24,000 nucleotides of DNA from an uncultured Candidatus Bathyarchaeia archaeon (GTDB taxonomy: Archaea > Thermoproteota > Bathyarchaeia > EX4484-135), in assembly GCA_964638535.1 (NCBI GenBank), contig CAZWYW010000003.1, positions 30,229 through 54,228 of the forward strand, read 5' to 3'. Each line of letters opens with the position of its first letter. Position 1 is the stretch's first letter. This document shows positions 7,715-15,801 of this stretch, one piece after another. The notes below the pieces were generated by a model. The model did not search any database and was not told where the DNA came from. It saw only the letters and a list, made by a program, of their open reading frames with translations. A program made the position numbers and the translations under genes.

Positions 7715-8371
7715 TCAGCTCACCCCTGGTAACCTCACGCTCATGACAAGCGATGGCGCCCTCCTGGCGATGTAATCCACCACTAGGGCCGTTATGATGC
7801 CCTCTATCACGCCTAGGCCGAAGTGCCAGAGGCCCATGACCGGCACGGTTATGGCTATCCCGAAGGGGAAAGCAGGCGAATAGCCTATCTCTAGGCCACA
7901 GGCCACGCCAGCCAACGTTATGCCCAGCCAGCCGCCTAGGAAAGCGCCCGCTAACCTGTAGGGCCTCTCAGGACCACCGAGCTTCACGAAGGCCATGAAG
8001 AACGCGTAGCCCACCAACACGTCTATGATGCCCATGTTGAGGACGTTGGCCCCGAGGGCCGTTATGCCGCCATCGCCGAAGACCAAGCACTGTATGAGCA
8101 AGACGACCAGCAAGACTAACTCGCCTAGCCAGGGGCCGAGGAGGATGCCGGCCAAGGCGCCGCCTACCATGTGGAGGCTAGTGCCGCCGGGCAGGGGCCA
8201 GTTCAGCATCTGGGCCGCGAAGATGCCAGCTGCCAGCAGGGAGGTCAGCGTGATGGTCTCGGGACCTAGGGCTCCCCTGGCCTTATAGACCGCGTAGGCC
8301 GTGAAGGCGATGGTTAGGGCATAGCAGATGCCAGCCGTCAGCGGATCCAAGAAGCCATCCGGTATGTGCAT
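7715..8371 (-). CDS. cbiM: Ni/Co ECF transporter substrate-capture (S) component (CbiM/NikM)
   Basis: It is multi-TM. I place the start at the ATG giving N-terminal MHIPDGFLD, because the CbiM/NikM family uses the Met1-His2 N-terminus to bind metal. The track ORF starts 7 codons earlier, at 8392. Confidence 0.85.
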   Translation of the reverse strand: MHIPDGFLDPLTAGICYALTIAFTAYAVYKARGALGPETITLTSLLAAGIFAAQMLNWPLPGGTSLHMVGGALAGILLGPWLGELVLLVVLLIQCLVFGDGGITALGANVLNMGIIDVLVGYAFFMAFVKLGGPERPYRLAGAFLGGWLGITLAGVACGLEIGYSPAFPFGIAITVPVMGLWHFGLGVIEGIITALVVDYIARRAPSLVMSVRLPGVS

Positions 8372-8430
8372 ACTTTCCCCACCGGCCGTCATACCAGGCC
8401 AGGGTATTTAAGTATTACATTTCCCGGAGA

Positions 8431-8446
8431 ACGTAATATATAACGG
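8431..8446 (-). promoter_or_regulatory. AT-rich imperfect inverted repeat / TATA-like element upstream of cbiM
   Basis: The plus strand reads acgtaatatataacgg (CGTAAT-AT-ATAACG, 6-2-6 with one mismatch), about 60-75 nt upstream of the cbiM ATG. A second TATA-like element (acttaaatac on the minus strand) lies closer. Confidence 0.35.
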
Positions 8447-8535
8447 TGTGTGGTCAATTCGCGGTAAGGCTCAAGAATAAAGCGGACCCCGGCAGCTTGG
8501 CTTAGCGAGAGGGAGCTGTTAAGAGCGATTACTAA

Positions 8536-9009
8536 CTAACGGACGTAGAGCAGTATCCTGTGCGTGAGGAATCTGTAGCGCTCGTCCTCCACGAACTTAT
8601 CCACGAGAACAGGAGTCCAACCGGGTATCTCGTATTCGTGCGAGACCACGCGGGCGCCGGGCTTCAGCTCACGCTCCAACTTGGGCTTCACCTTCATGTT
8701 GGCCGAGGTGGTCAGGTAGAGCGTCACCACATCGGCATCGCTTATGTCCACGTCGAAGAGGTTCGCGTTTATGATCTTCACCCTATCGGAGAGGCCTGCT
8801 TCCTCCACGGCCCTCATGGCCTTCAGGGCTAAGTCGCGCCTTATCTCCACGCCCACGCCGTAGGCGCCGAACTCCTTAGCAGCCGTGATGACTATACGGC
8901 CATCCCCGCAACCTAAATCGTAAACGACCTCGCCTGGCTTGACATCAGCTAACTTCAACATACGCCTCACGACGGGCATGGGCGAGGCCAGGTAGGGCGC
9001 GATAGACAT
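8536..9009 (-). CDS. Small class I SAM-dependent methyltransferase, resembling crenarchaeal protein-lysine methyltransferase aKMT
   Basis: The protein is 157 aa. It has SAM motif I VYDLGCGDGRIVITAAK. VVRRML, GVEI, VDISDADVVTLYL, KPKLERELKPGARVVSHEYEIPGW closely parallel remembered Sulfolobus aKMT (~160 aa). Confidence 0.7.
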   Translation of the reverse strand: MSIAPYLASPMPVVRRMLKLADVKPGEVVYDLGCGDGRIVITAAKEFGAYGVGVEIRRDLALKAMRAVEEAGLSDRVKIINANLFDVDISDADVVTLYLTTSANMKVKPKLERELKPGARVVSHEYEIPGWTPVLVDKFVEDERYRFLTHRILLYVR

Positions 9010-9121
9010 GGCCCTCTAACACCAGTTCTGGCCACCCCCGGAGGGCACTTAAGGGTTTCCCGGGAGGCTGGCGAGGGTTTTTACTGGCCCGCCAGGCCCC
9101 TCTGGCCGAGGGAAGAGCGCC

Positions 9122-9496
9122 TTGAAGCTCAGGGGCCACCACCTCATCTGCCTTAACTTCCTGAAGGAGGCCTTTAACCCGGAGTTCACGGCGGCGCTCA
9201 AGGAGTTACGCGAGAGGGCGCTCGGCGGCGAGGAGATAAAGGTCATCGAGGGCTTGGACGACCTCTGCGCGCGCTGCCCCATGTTGGCTGGGGACGCGTG
9301 TGCTTACGAAGATGAGGTACGCGAGATGGATGTTGAGGCGCTCGAGGCGTTGGGCCTGGAGGTCGGCGCCAGGGTCAGGATGGCCGAGGTCAGGGAGAAA
9401 CTCAAGGGCCTAGCCGATTGGTTAGCTGGCTTCTGCGAGGGCTGTGAATTCAAGGAGGCCTGCGGGCCGGAGAAAGAGAAGTTCCTCGCGGGCTAA
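9122..9496 (+). CDS. DUF1284 domain protein (putative Fe-S binding)
   Basis: The protein is 124 aa. The N-terminal LRGHHLICL and later DDLCARCP...C pattern are typical of DUF1284. The start is TTG. Confidence 0.6.
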   Translation: MKLRGHHLICLNFLKEAFNPEFTAALKELRERALGGEEIKVIEGLDDLCARCPMLAGDACAYEDEVREMDVEALEALGLEVGARVRMAEVREKLKGLADWLAGFCEGCEFKEACGPEKEKFLAG

Positions 9497-9505
9497 AGCC
9501 CGGCC

Positions 9506-10333
9506 TTAGATATAACGCTCGTAGGAGGCCAGGTGCGGGTTAGGGCCTTTAGCAACGTGAAGGCGCCCGTCCCCGCCCTCGGTCAGGTCGCCCACAAAGG
9601 TATAGAACGGACCCTGTATTTTCTCGCCCGCGAACTTCACGCTCTTGGAGAGCCTGAGAATATTGAAGCCCGGTAGGACGGCCGGCAGGTGGCCGCAGAT
9701 TATGATCTTCCCGCCACGCATGAAGGCTCCGGGCCTCCCCTCGCAATCGCCCTTGATGAGGATAGCGCCGTCCTGGAGATGGATGCCCGGGAAGAGGCCC
9801 GCCGAGCCCTCGACGAGGATAGTGCCGCCCCGCATGAAGTTGCCTAGCTCACAGCCCACGTCGCCGTGCACGATTATGCTACCGCCCCGCATGCCGTCTC
9901 TCGCGCCCCTGTAGGCCGAGCCCACGTAATCGCCAGCGGAGCCGAAGACCTCTATACGGCCGCCGAGCATACGCGCCCCGAGCCAGGAGCCAGTGTTGCC
10001 CCGCACCACTAGCTCGCCGTTCCTCATGTGCTCGCCAGCCAGGAGGCCCACTGGCCCTTCCACCACTATCCTGCCGGCCGCCATCTCGAAGCCTACCTGC
10101 CTCACCTTACTGAAATCGCCAACCAACCGCACCGTGAGCTTCTCGGCCCTAGCAGCCCCATCGCCTTCTATCTGGAAGAGCTCGGCCAGCTTGACGCGCC
10201 TATTTCCCTTCCAGGCCTCTAAAGCGCCTATCTCGTGCTCTGATAAACCGGCGAAGGCATCCGGCTTTATGCAAGGCGCGTAGACAGGCACCCTGAAGGG
10301 CGCCTTGGGTTTAAGCACTACCTCGGCTCCCAC
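9506..10333 (-). CDS. fwdC: Formylmethanofuran dehydrogenase subunit C
   Basis: The protein is 275 aa. It has repeated G-x-x-G beta-helix motifs (GNTGSWLGARMLGGRIEVFGSAGDYVGSAYRG...GGSIIVHGD...GGTILVEG). It is collinear with remembered Methanothermobacter FwdC. Confidence 0.9.
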   Translation of the reverse strand: MGAEVVLKPKAPFRVPVYAPCIKPDAFAGLSEHEIGALEAWKGNRRVKLAELFQIEGDGAARAEKLTVRLVGDFSKVRQVGFEMAAGRIVVEGPVGLLAGEHMRNGELVVRGNTGSWLGARMLGGRIEVFGSAGDYVGSAYRGARDGMRGGSIIVHGDVGCELGNFMRGGTILVEGSAGLFPGIHLQDGAILIKGDCEGRPGAFMRGGKIIICGHLPAVLPGFNILRLSKSVKFAGEKIQGPFYTFVGDLTEGGDGRLHVAKGPNPHLASYERYI

Positions 10334-10345
10334 GGCTACCCCACC

Positions 10346-12085
10346 TCACGCGGACGCCAGCCTGGCCTTCCTGGCGACCTTATATGGCCTCGCCAGGTAA
10401 TCCTCGGGTATCGGGTAGTTCTCGAAGCTCACCGTGTAACGCTCCGTCCAGGCCTCGCCTATGTTGCGCACTACCTCACGCGCCCACTCCGGCAGCTCCA
10501 CGTGCACCCAGAAGGTCCGGCCCCTGGGGGAGGCCATCACGCGCCCATCTTTCACGACTACCTGGCCGCTCTTTATGGTCCAGGCCGCCCTCTCGAAGGC
10601 GCGCCTCACGGCCCTGTGGTCGCGGCTTGGGTCCACGCGCTCCGGGTCTATGGCATAAATGGCCACGTCGGCATCGGCCCCCACGCCCAGATGGCCTTTT
10701 GACTCCAGGCCCAGCGCCCTCGCTGGCCCAGCGCGCGAGAGGATGGCTATCTCGTAGAACGTGAGCTCCCGGTCTATGCTGGGCAGCACCATACGCCTTA
10801 TCGCCCTACGGTGGACGCGCTTGAGTGTCTTCTCGCGGGCCTTAGCGCTCATCAGCCATTCTATCACGCGCGGGTAGGTAGTGAAGGGAGCGCCGTTCGG
10901 GTGGTCGGTCGTTATGAAGGCGCCCCGCCACGGGTCCTTCACGAGCAAGGCCAGCTCAAGCCCTATGGCCCATTGGACGGCGTTAACGAGACTCTTCCGC
11001 CTGTAGCGGTAGGGCACTATGCCCGAGCTCGTCTCCGTCTCCACGTCGTGGTTTATCCACTTGTTGCCCGTGAGCTCGTAGAGGCCGTATTGGAAGGGGC
11101 CGTCGGCCGTCATGGTGGTCGTGTCGCCCGGCACGACAGCGCCCATGTCTATGCTCACGTGGTCGTGCATGTTCACGTAACGCGCTATGGGGGCCGCCAT
11201 AGAGCACATGCTGGCCCAATCGTCGCCGCCGAAGGCGCTGAACTGGACGTGCGTGACGTGGATAGAGCGCCTGCCCGTGCTGCTCGTGCCGGGGATATCG
11301 CGCACGCAATCCATGGTGCGGATCGTTATCTCCCAGTTGCCGGGCTGCCCCAGCCTGTTCGTGTGCACGTGGATGGTGTGAGGCAAATCGAGAAGGTGGT
11401 CCACGCGTGCTAGGCCGCGTATGATCTCGCGAGGCGTGATGCTGAAGTAGGGCACCACGTCGTCTATGCTCTTAACGTTGTGGCCGAAGCCCCAGCACTC
11501 TAGGCCGCCGGGGTTCACGAGCTTAATGGCGTAGCCCTTCGTGGCCCAGAGCATCCAGGCCACGTAGGCCGCGCACTCCTCCACCATATCGGCCGCAAGG
11601 AACTCCATCACGAACCAGCAATCGCCTAGGAGGGGAAAGGTGGCCTTATCTATGATGGGCGTGTCATCCAACTCCTCGTGCGTGTGGCGGGCCTCCAGAG
11701 GCGGCATGCTAGGGTTACACACGAAGGTCCAGCCCATCCTCGCGTATCGGTAGCCCGTGGTCCAGGTGCTGGGCACCGAGTAACCCACGCCAGCGCGCGT
11801 TACGTCTGTCTTAGGCTCCACGTCCTTGAAGTGGTCCTCGGGCCTCAACAGGCGCCCGGCGTTCACCTCCGGCCCCGCTATGTGGGCGTGTATGTCCACG
11901 CCGCCTGGCATGACCATCATGCCTGAGGCATCTATCACGTAGGCCTCCTTCTCGGGCACGTCTTCCACGATCTTACCATCCCGGATGGCTATATCCATGC
12001 GCTCGCCATTCACGCCATTTAGCGGATCGAATACTATGCCGTTCTTTATCAGGAGTGCCCTGGGGGCCTCCTCAGCCATGGCCAT
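10346..12085 (-). CDS. fwdA: Formylmethanofuran dehydrogenase subunit A (amidohydrolase-fold)
   Basis: The protein is 579 aa. It has the metal-binding GGVDIHAHIAGP motif, and its size and position directly upstream of fwdC fit FwdA. Confidence 0.88.
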   Translation of the reverse strand: MAMAEEAPRALLIKNGIVFDPLNGVNGERMDIAIRDGKIVEDVPEKEAYVIDASGMMVMPGGVDIHAHIAGPEVNAGRLLRPEDHFKDVEPKTDVTRAGVGYSVPSTWTTGYRYARMGWTFVCNPSMPPLEARHTHEELDDTPIIDKATFPLLGDCWFVMEFLAADMVEECAAYVAWMLWATKGYAIKLVNPGGLECWGFGHNVKSIDDVVPYFSITPREIIRGLARVDHLLDLPHTIHVHTNRLGQPGNWEITIRTMDCVRDIPGTSSTGRRSIHVTHVQFSAFGGDDWASMCSMAAPIARYVNMHDHVSIDMGAVVPGDTTTMTADGPFQYGLYELTGNKWINHDVETETSSGIVPYRYRRKSLVNAVQWAIGLELALLVKDPWRGAFITTDHPNGAPFTTYPRVIEWLMSAKAREKTLKRVHRRAIRRMVLPSIDRELTFYEIAILSRAGPARALGLESKGHLGVGADADVAIYAIDPERVDPSRDHRAVRRAFERAAWTIKSGQVVVKDGRVMASPRGRTFWVHVELPEWAREVVRNIGEAWTERYTVSFENYPIPEDYLARPYKVARKARLASA

Positions 12086-12165
12086 CCCGGCCCTCCACGC
12101 CCGGGAGCAGGCAGGGCTATTTAGCAGTTGAGGGGAGGGGCACCGAGGTCTCGGGAAGGCGCTCG

Positions 12166-12813
12166 CTATGGGATGCCCAGAGCCCGCCTATAATAACCGC
12201 TGTAGAGCACCACGGCTGGGTTATGGCCCGTCACCCTATCCTTGGCTATTAAGGTCACGACGGGGGCCTTGGAATACCTGTAGAAGAGCGAGTCGTGACC
12301 CACGCAGAGGCCTACGGCCAAATTCAGCTCGGTTCCCAGGGCATTTAAGATAAGAGCCTGGCCCACGGGATTACAGATGGCCTCAAAAGGCCTATCCTTA
12401 TTTACCCAACATTCCCTCGGCACGCCTACCTCGGATTTTGGAATAGCCCCGACCTTACAGCAGACGGAGAAGGCCTCAAAGCCCTCTTTCTCCAAATAAC
12501 GCGATATGATTTTTGCTTCTTCCCTGAGGCCTATGCAGAACGCTATGCCTATCCGCTTGACGCCCAGCTTCTTGGCCATCTCCGCGACCTCGACCAGCCT
12601 GGGCCACCGCATGTAGCCTTCTCCCTCGACCTCACTGGAGGCTAAGGCCATCCTGCGGACCTCTCCGTCCTCGACGTATATCCTCCTGGCCTCCTCCAAC
12701 ACGCCCGTCATGTCCCTCGTAGGGCAGCCGGGCGGCAGCTTACTTAGCTCGCCCAGGTAGCTGGCGTAAGAACGGCAGTAAGCACATCTGGCGGTTTTCA
12801 CGGCGGTCACCAC
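12166..12813 (-). CDS. DUF1847 family Cys-rich metal-binding protein
   Basis: The protein is 215 aa. IGIAFCIGL, VCCKVG, AICNPVGQA, LAVGLCVGHD and VTLIAKDRVTGHNP match the DUF1847 pattern. The start is GTG. It lies 80 nt upstream of fwdA on the same strand. Confidence 0.65.
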   Translation of the reverse strand: MVTAVKTARCAYCRSYASYLGELSKLPPGCPTRDMTGVLEEARRIYVEDGEVRRMALASSEVEGEGYMRWPRLVEVAEMAKKLGVKRIGIAFCIGLREEAKIISRYLEKEGFEAFSVCCKVGAIPKSEVGVPRECWVNKDRPFEAICNPVGQALILNALGTELNLAVGLCVGHDSLFYRYSKAPVVTLIAKDRVTGHNPAVVLYSGYYRRALGIP

Positions 12814-12921
12814 ACGGGGGCCAGTCTATCCGGCCTTAAGGATTAGGGAAAAGCCACCTTTAGCTACCCCGCCCCTACTAACCCTTATGAGCTAAGGGCC
12901 ATCGAGACTCCGGGGACCGCC

Positions 12922-13293
12922 GTGGGCCATACCATAGCCAGGGTAAAAGTGAGCAACCCCCGTGAGCCAGCCAAGAGCGTGGAGCTAGAGCTAATCGTGG
13001 ACACGGGCTCTACTTACACATGGGTGAAGCGCGGCACGTTAGAGAGCCTGGGGCTAAAGCCCAAGGGCAGAAGGCGCTTCAAGACCATAAGGGGTGAGTT
13101 GATAGAGCGTGAGGTAGGCGAGGCCTCGATAGAGTGTCTGGGCGAGAGGGCGACCTGTATGGTGGTATTCGCTGAGGAAGAGGACCAGGAGGTCTTAGGC
13201 ATCACGGCCCTTGAGAACCTGGGCCTGGAGGTTGACCCGATAACAAGGCAGCTCAAAAAAGCAGAGGCCTTACTGGCCCTCTGGGGGGCCTAG
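12922..13293 (+). CDS. Retropepsin-like (clan AA) aspartic protease, single domain
   Basis: The protein is 123 aa. It has the LIVDTGSTYTWV active-site DTG motif and a later VLGITALENLGL segment. The start is GTG. Its 3' end overlaps the convergent neighbour by 24 bp. Confidence 0.65.
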   Translation: MGHTIARVKVSNPREPAKSVELELIVDTGSTYTWVKRGTLESLGLKPKGRRRFKTIRGELIEREVGEASIECLGERATCMVVFAEEEDQEVLGITALENLGLEVDPITRQLKKAEALLALWGA

Positions 13294-14436
13294 CTCCTCT
13301 ATTTTAATGCCCTCAGCTTTAAGGCCGCTTATTATCAAGCGGTAGAGGCGCTCATCCATGCCCAATACCTCAGGTGGGACCACGCCCTTGCGTTGAACCT
13401 CGCCCTTAGCCAAGAGGCACGCCACCACTGAGGCCGTGTAGGCCGTGGTCCTGGCCATCGCCGTTATGCCCTCGGCCTCATCGTAGTAATCCACGAGCTT
13501 GAAGGCGAGGCGTTCCTCAGCGCCCCCCTTCCGGCCCTTGACCTCCACCAACATGACGACCATGTCTCTCGCGCCTGGCAGGTTGCGGATGCCCAGCTTG
13601 CGCTCCAGCAGCTTGGCCGTGAAAGAGCGCGGCACCACGCCATCTAAGGGCTCTTCATCGAAGAAGCCCAGGTCCTTAAGCAATCTTATCTTCTCGACAT
13701 GGCCAGGATAGCGCAGCGTCTTCTCCCACATCTCTTTCACGCCCCTTAGCGTGTGGAGCAAGGTCCTGAGGCCATCCGTGTAGAAGGCCTCAAGGGTCCC
13801 CACTCCCGGCACGTCCACGAGTTCTAAGCCCGTCAGGGGCTCGACCTCCACCACGCACCCGTCTTCCACTATCCTAACCCTCCGGGTGTATTCCTCGATG
13901 AGGTCCTCGGCACACCAAGTCAGCACGTAGCCGAGCGGGGGCAGGGGCTCGGTGGGGATGCCGCCCACATAGATGCGCACGCTCTCCGCCCGGTCTAACA
14001 GGCTCACGGCCCTGCCCACCAAGATATTGCTTAACCCGGGCGCCAGGCCGCAATCCGGGATTATGGTCACGCCTGCCTCCCTGGCCTCGCTATCTAGGGC
14101 CATGGGGTCCTCTGGCATGAAGGAGAGGTCCACCATGTCCACGCCCGCCTCCACGGCTGCCTCAAGCGTCTTGTAGCCCAGCCCGCCGGGCGCCAGGCCC
14201 ACGACCACATCACAGCCGCACATGGCTCTTACGAGCGCCTCACGGTCCGAGAAATCCAGCCTGAGGCCAGATACGTTATCACGGCCTGCGAACCTCATGG
14301 CCCTCTCGATGGCTCTCGGGTCCCTATCGGCCACGATCACCTCGGCCTCCAGCAGGCTCCGGGCTAAGTGCTTAGCTAGGGCGGAGCCCATGGAGCCGCA
14401 GCCTAGGACGAGCAACCTCAAGCGCGGCTTCACCAT
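13270..14436 (-). CDS. Saccharopine dehydrogenase family NAD(P)-dependent oxidoreductase
   Basis: The protein is 388 aa. It has the N-terminal Rossmann motif LVLGCGSMGSA, and the overall layout fits Sacchrp_dh N- and C-terminal domains. The specific substrate is not assignable. Confidence 0.75.
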   Translation of the reverse strand: MVKPRLRLLVLGCGSMGSALAKHLARSLLEAEVIVADRDPRAIERAMRFAGRDNVSGLRLDFSDREALVRAMCGCDVVVGLAPGGLGYKTLEAAVEAGVDMVDLSFMPEDPMALDSEAREAGVTIIPDCGLAPGLSNILVGRAVSLLDRAESVRIYVGGIPTEPLPPLGYVLTWCAEDLIEEYTRRVRIVEDGCVVEVEPLTGLELVDVPGVGTLEAFYTDGLRTLLHTLRGVKEMWEKTLRYPGHVEKIRLLKDLGFFDEEPLDGVVPRSFTAKLLERKLGIRNLPGARDMVVMLVEVKGRKGGAEERLAFKLVDYYDEAEGITAMARTTAYTASVVACLLAKGEVQRKGVVPPEVLGMDERLYRLIISGLKAEGIKIEELGPPEGQ

Positions 14437-14457
14437 GCTCCCGTGGCCATTGATTAG

Positions 14458-14465
14458 ATTTAAAG
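14458..14465 (-). promoter_or_regulatory. TATA box (CTTTAAAT) about 26 nt upstream of the saccharopine-DH ATG; leaderless transcript
   Basis: The minus strand reads GGGCTTTAAATCTAATCAATGGCCACGGGAGCATG. The centre at 14461.5 lies 25.5 nt from ATG 14436. There is no Shine-Dalgarno. Confidence 0.55.
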
Positions 14466-14490
14466 CCCTTATGATAGCCCGCCCGGGGCC

Positions 14491-14540
14491 TCAGCGAAGA
14501 GAAGATTCTTCACCTCTTCTGCTACGGCCACTATCATCAC
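14491..14540 (-). ncRNA. C/D box sRNA (2'-O-methylation guide)
   Basis: The minus strand reads GTGATGA(C)-TAGTGGCCGTAG(12)-CAGA(D')-AGAG-GTGAAGA(C')-ATCTTCTCTTCG(12)-CTGA(D). This is the canonical 7-12-4-4-7-12-4 archaeal layout in an intergenic region. A TATA box lies about 26 nt upstream. Confidence 0.6.
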
Positions 14541-14562
14541 GGGCTCTCCCGGCCGGGACCTC

Positions 14563-14570
14563 ATTTAATA
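14563..14570 (-). promoter_or_regulatory. TATA box (TATTAAAT) about 26 nt upstream of the C box of the C/D sRNA
   Basis: The minus strand reads GGACTATTAAATGAGGTCCCGGCCGGGAGAGCCCGTGATGA. The centre at 14566.5 lies 26 nt from 14540. Confidence 0.5.
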
Positions 14571-14652
14571 GTCCGTTCACCTATCACTGCTCAGCCTAAG
14601 CTAATCACGGGCCCCGGCCCGAGCACATTATCGTGGGACGCCCGTATAAGGG

Positions 14653-15774
14653 CTAAGCGGTGCACTCAGGCCGACTCGGGCAGAGAGAGGCCAGGACCTC
14701 AGGCCTCTTGAGGACCTTGAGGAGCCTGTTCTCGTGGGCCCTCAATATCTTCCTGATCGGGTTCGGGTAAGCCGCTAGCTTCGGGCCGTAAGCGAGCTCA
14801 GGCGCCGAGGCCGCGTTTTTAAGGGCTTTCTCCACGTCCCAGCCTGAGCGCCAGAACTCGTAGAGCGTCAGCCTGTAAGCCACCCTATCGGGCCTCAGGA
14901 ACCTGAAACCACAGCAATCACGGCTTTCTTGGAACTCGAAGAGGCCCTCTTTACAGGTCGCCAGCGAGATGCCACGCTTAGCCAACTTGTCTCTGAGGGA
15001 GGCCAAGATAGCTTTTCGGTAGCTGGCCACGGGCCTTAAGAGGCCGCCCGAGGGGCTGTAAGGCTCCCAGAGGCTGCCCTCGAAGGGGAGGCCCAGCCTG
15101 GCGTAGAGAGCCGACAGGCCGTTTGGCGTTTCCCTGAGGAATTCCACTATTACATGTTTGACGCCCGAATCGGCAAGGGCCTCTAGTAGCCCATCTAATT
15201 GGACTTCTAAGAGGCCCGGTATAGCTGGTTGGAGCCTGAGAACACAAGGCGCTAGGTCGCTCACGCGCGATATGGCCTCCAAGCGCTCCTCGGGTGGGGG
15301 AGCCTTGGGCTCGAGAGCCCGGGAGGCGGGGTTGAGGGCCGATATGGATACTTGGAGCAACACTAAGCCTTCTGAGGCCAGCTTCTCTAGGGCGCTCAGC
15401 CAGGGCCCTCTCGTAAACAAGACTGATTTGGTGTTCAGCACGACGGGCACGTCGAACTCACCTGCTAGCCTTAGTATGGAGAAGGCCAGCTTCTCCTTGG
15501 CCTCAGCTGGCTGGAGAGGGTCAGCGAGCGTTGAGAGCCTGAAGGGGACCAGCCTGAGCTCCGGCGAAGCTGCCAGCCTTGACCAGAGCTTCCTCAGGGC
15601 CTTAATAAGCCGGGGCTTGGGCTCTGGCGGCCCTTGCTCCCTATACCAACGGGCGTAGCAGTAAGTGCAGCTGAAGTAGCAAGCCGTGTAAGGTTCTAAG
15701 CGTAAGACAGAATGGCAGAAAGCGCTTGTGTGATTGCTGACGCCCACCTTCAGCTCGGCTTCTAGGACGCGCAT
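14653..15774 (-). CDS. Radical SAM protein, COG1533 / spore-photoproduct-lyase-like family
   Basis: The protein is 373 aa. It has the CYFSCTYCYARW motif (CxxxCxxC followed by YA, as in COG1533 'DNA repair photolyase' proteins). Confidence 0.7.
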   Translation of the reverse strand: MRVLEAELKVGVSNHTSAFCHSVLRLEPYTACYFSCTYCYARWYREQGPPEPKPRLIKALRKLWSRLAASPELRLVPFRLSTLADPLQPAEAKEKLAFSILRLAGEFDVPVVLNTKSVLFTRGPWLSALEKLASEGLVLLQVSISALNPASRALEPKAPPPEERLEAISRVSDLAPCVLRLQPAIPGLLEVQLDGLLEALADSGVKHVIVEFLRETPNGLSALYARLGLPFEGSLWEPYSPSGGLLRPVASYRKAILASLRDKLAKRGISLATCKEGLFEFQESRDCCGFRFLRPDRVAYRLTLYEFWRSGWDVEKALKNAASAPELAYGPKLAAYPNPIRKILRAHENRLLKVLKRPEVLASLCPSRPECTA

Positions 15775-15801
15775 GTCTTAAGTGCGTGGGTGGCCCTGAG
15801 C

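Noticed and set aside
8393-8535. Possible cobalamin or NiCo riboswitch in the cbiM 5' region
   Set aside because: No conserved riboswitch core (such as a B12 box) or extended stem structure was recognisable. Riboswitches of these classes are not expected in archaea. The region is better explained by TATA-like promoter elements.
10811-11413. 200-aa plus-strand ORF inside fwdA, and similar ORFs at 10384-10764, 6164-6616, 15158-15658 and 16319-16735
   Set aside because: They are antisense to genes with clear family motifs. Their translations are Arg/Pro/Ala/Ser-rich with no recognisable domains, so they are GC-driven open frames.
13270-13293. 24-bp overlap of the convergent aspartic-protease and saccharopine-DH 3' ends
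   Set aside because: Short convergent overlaps are common in compact archaeal genomes. Nothing suggests antisense regulation beyond the overlap itself.
14469-14564. 31-aa minus-strand ORF (MRSRPGEPVMIVAVAEEVKNLLFAEAPGGLS) in the intergenic region
   Set aside because: Its ATG lies inside the TATTAAAT element, and the ORF body is exactly the C/D box sRNA. The sRNA architecture explains the sequence better than a peptide does.
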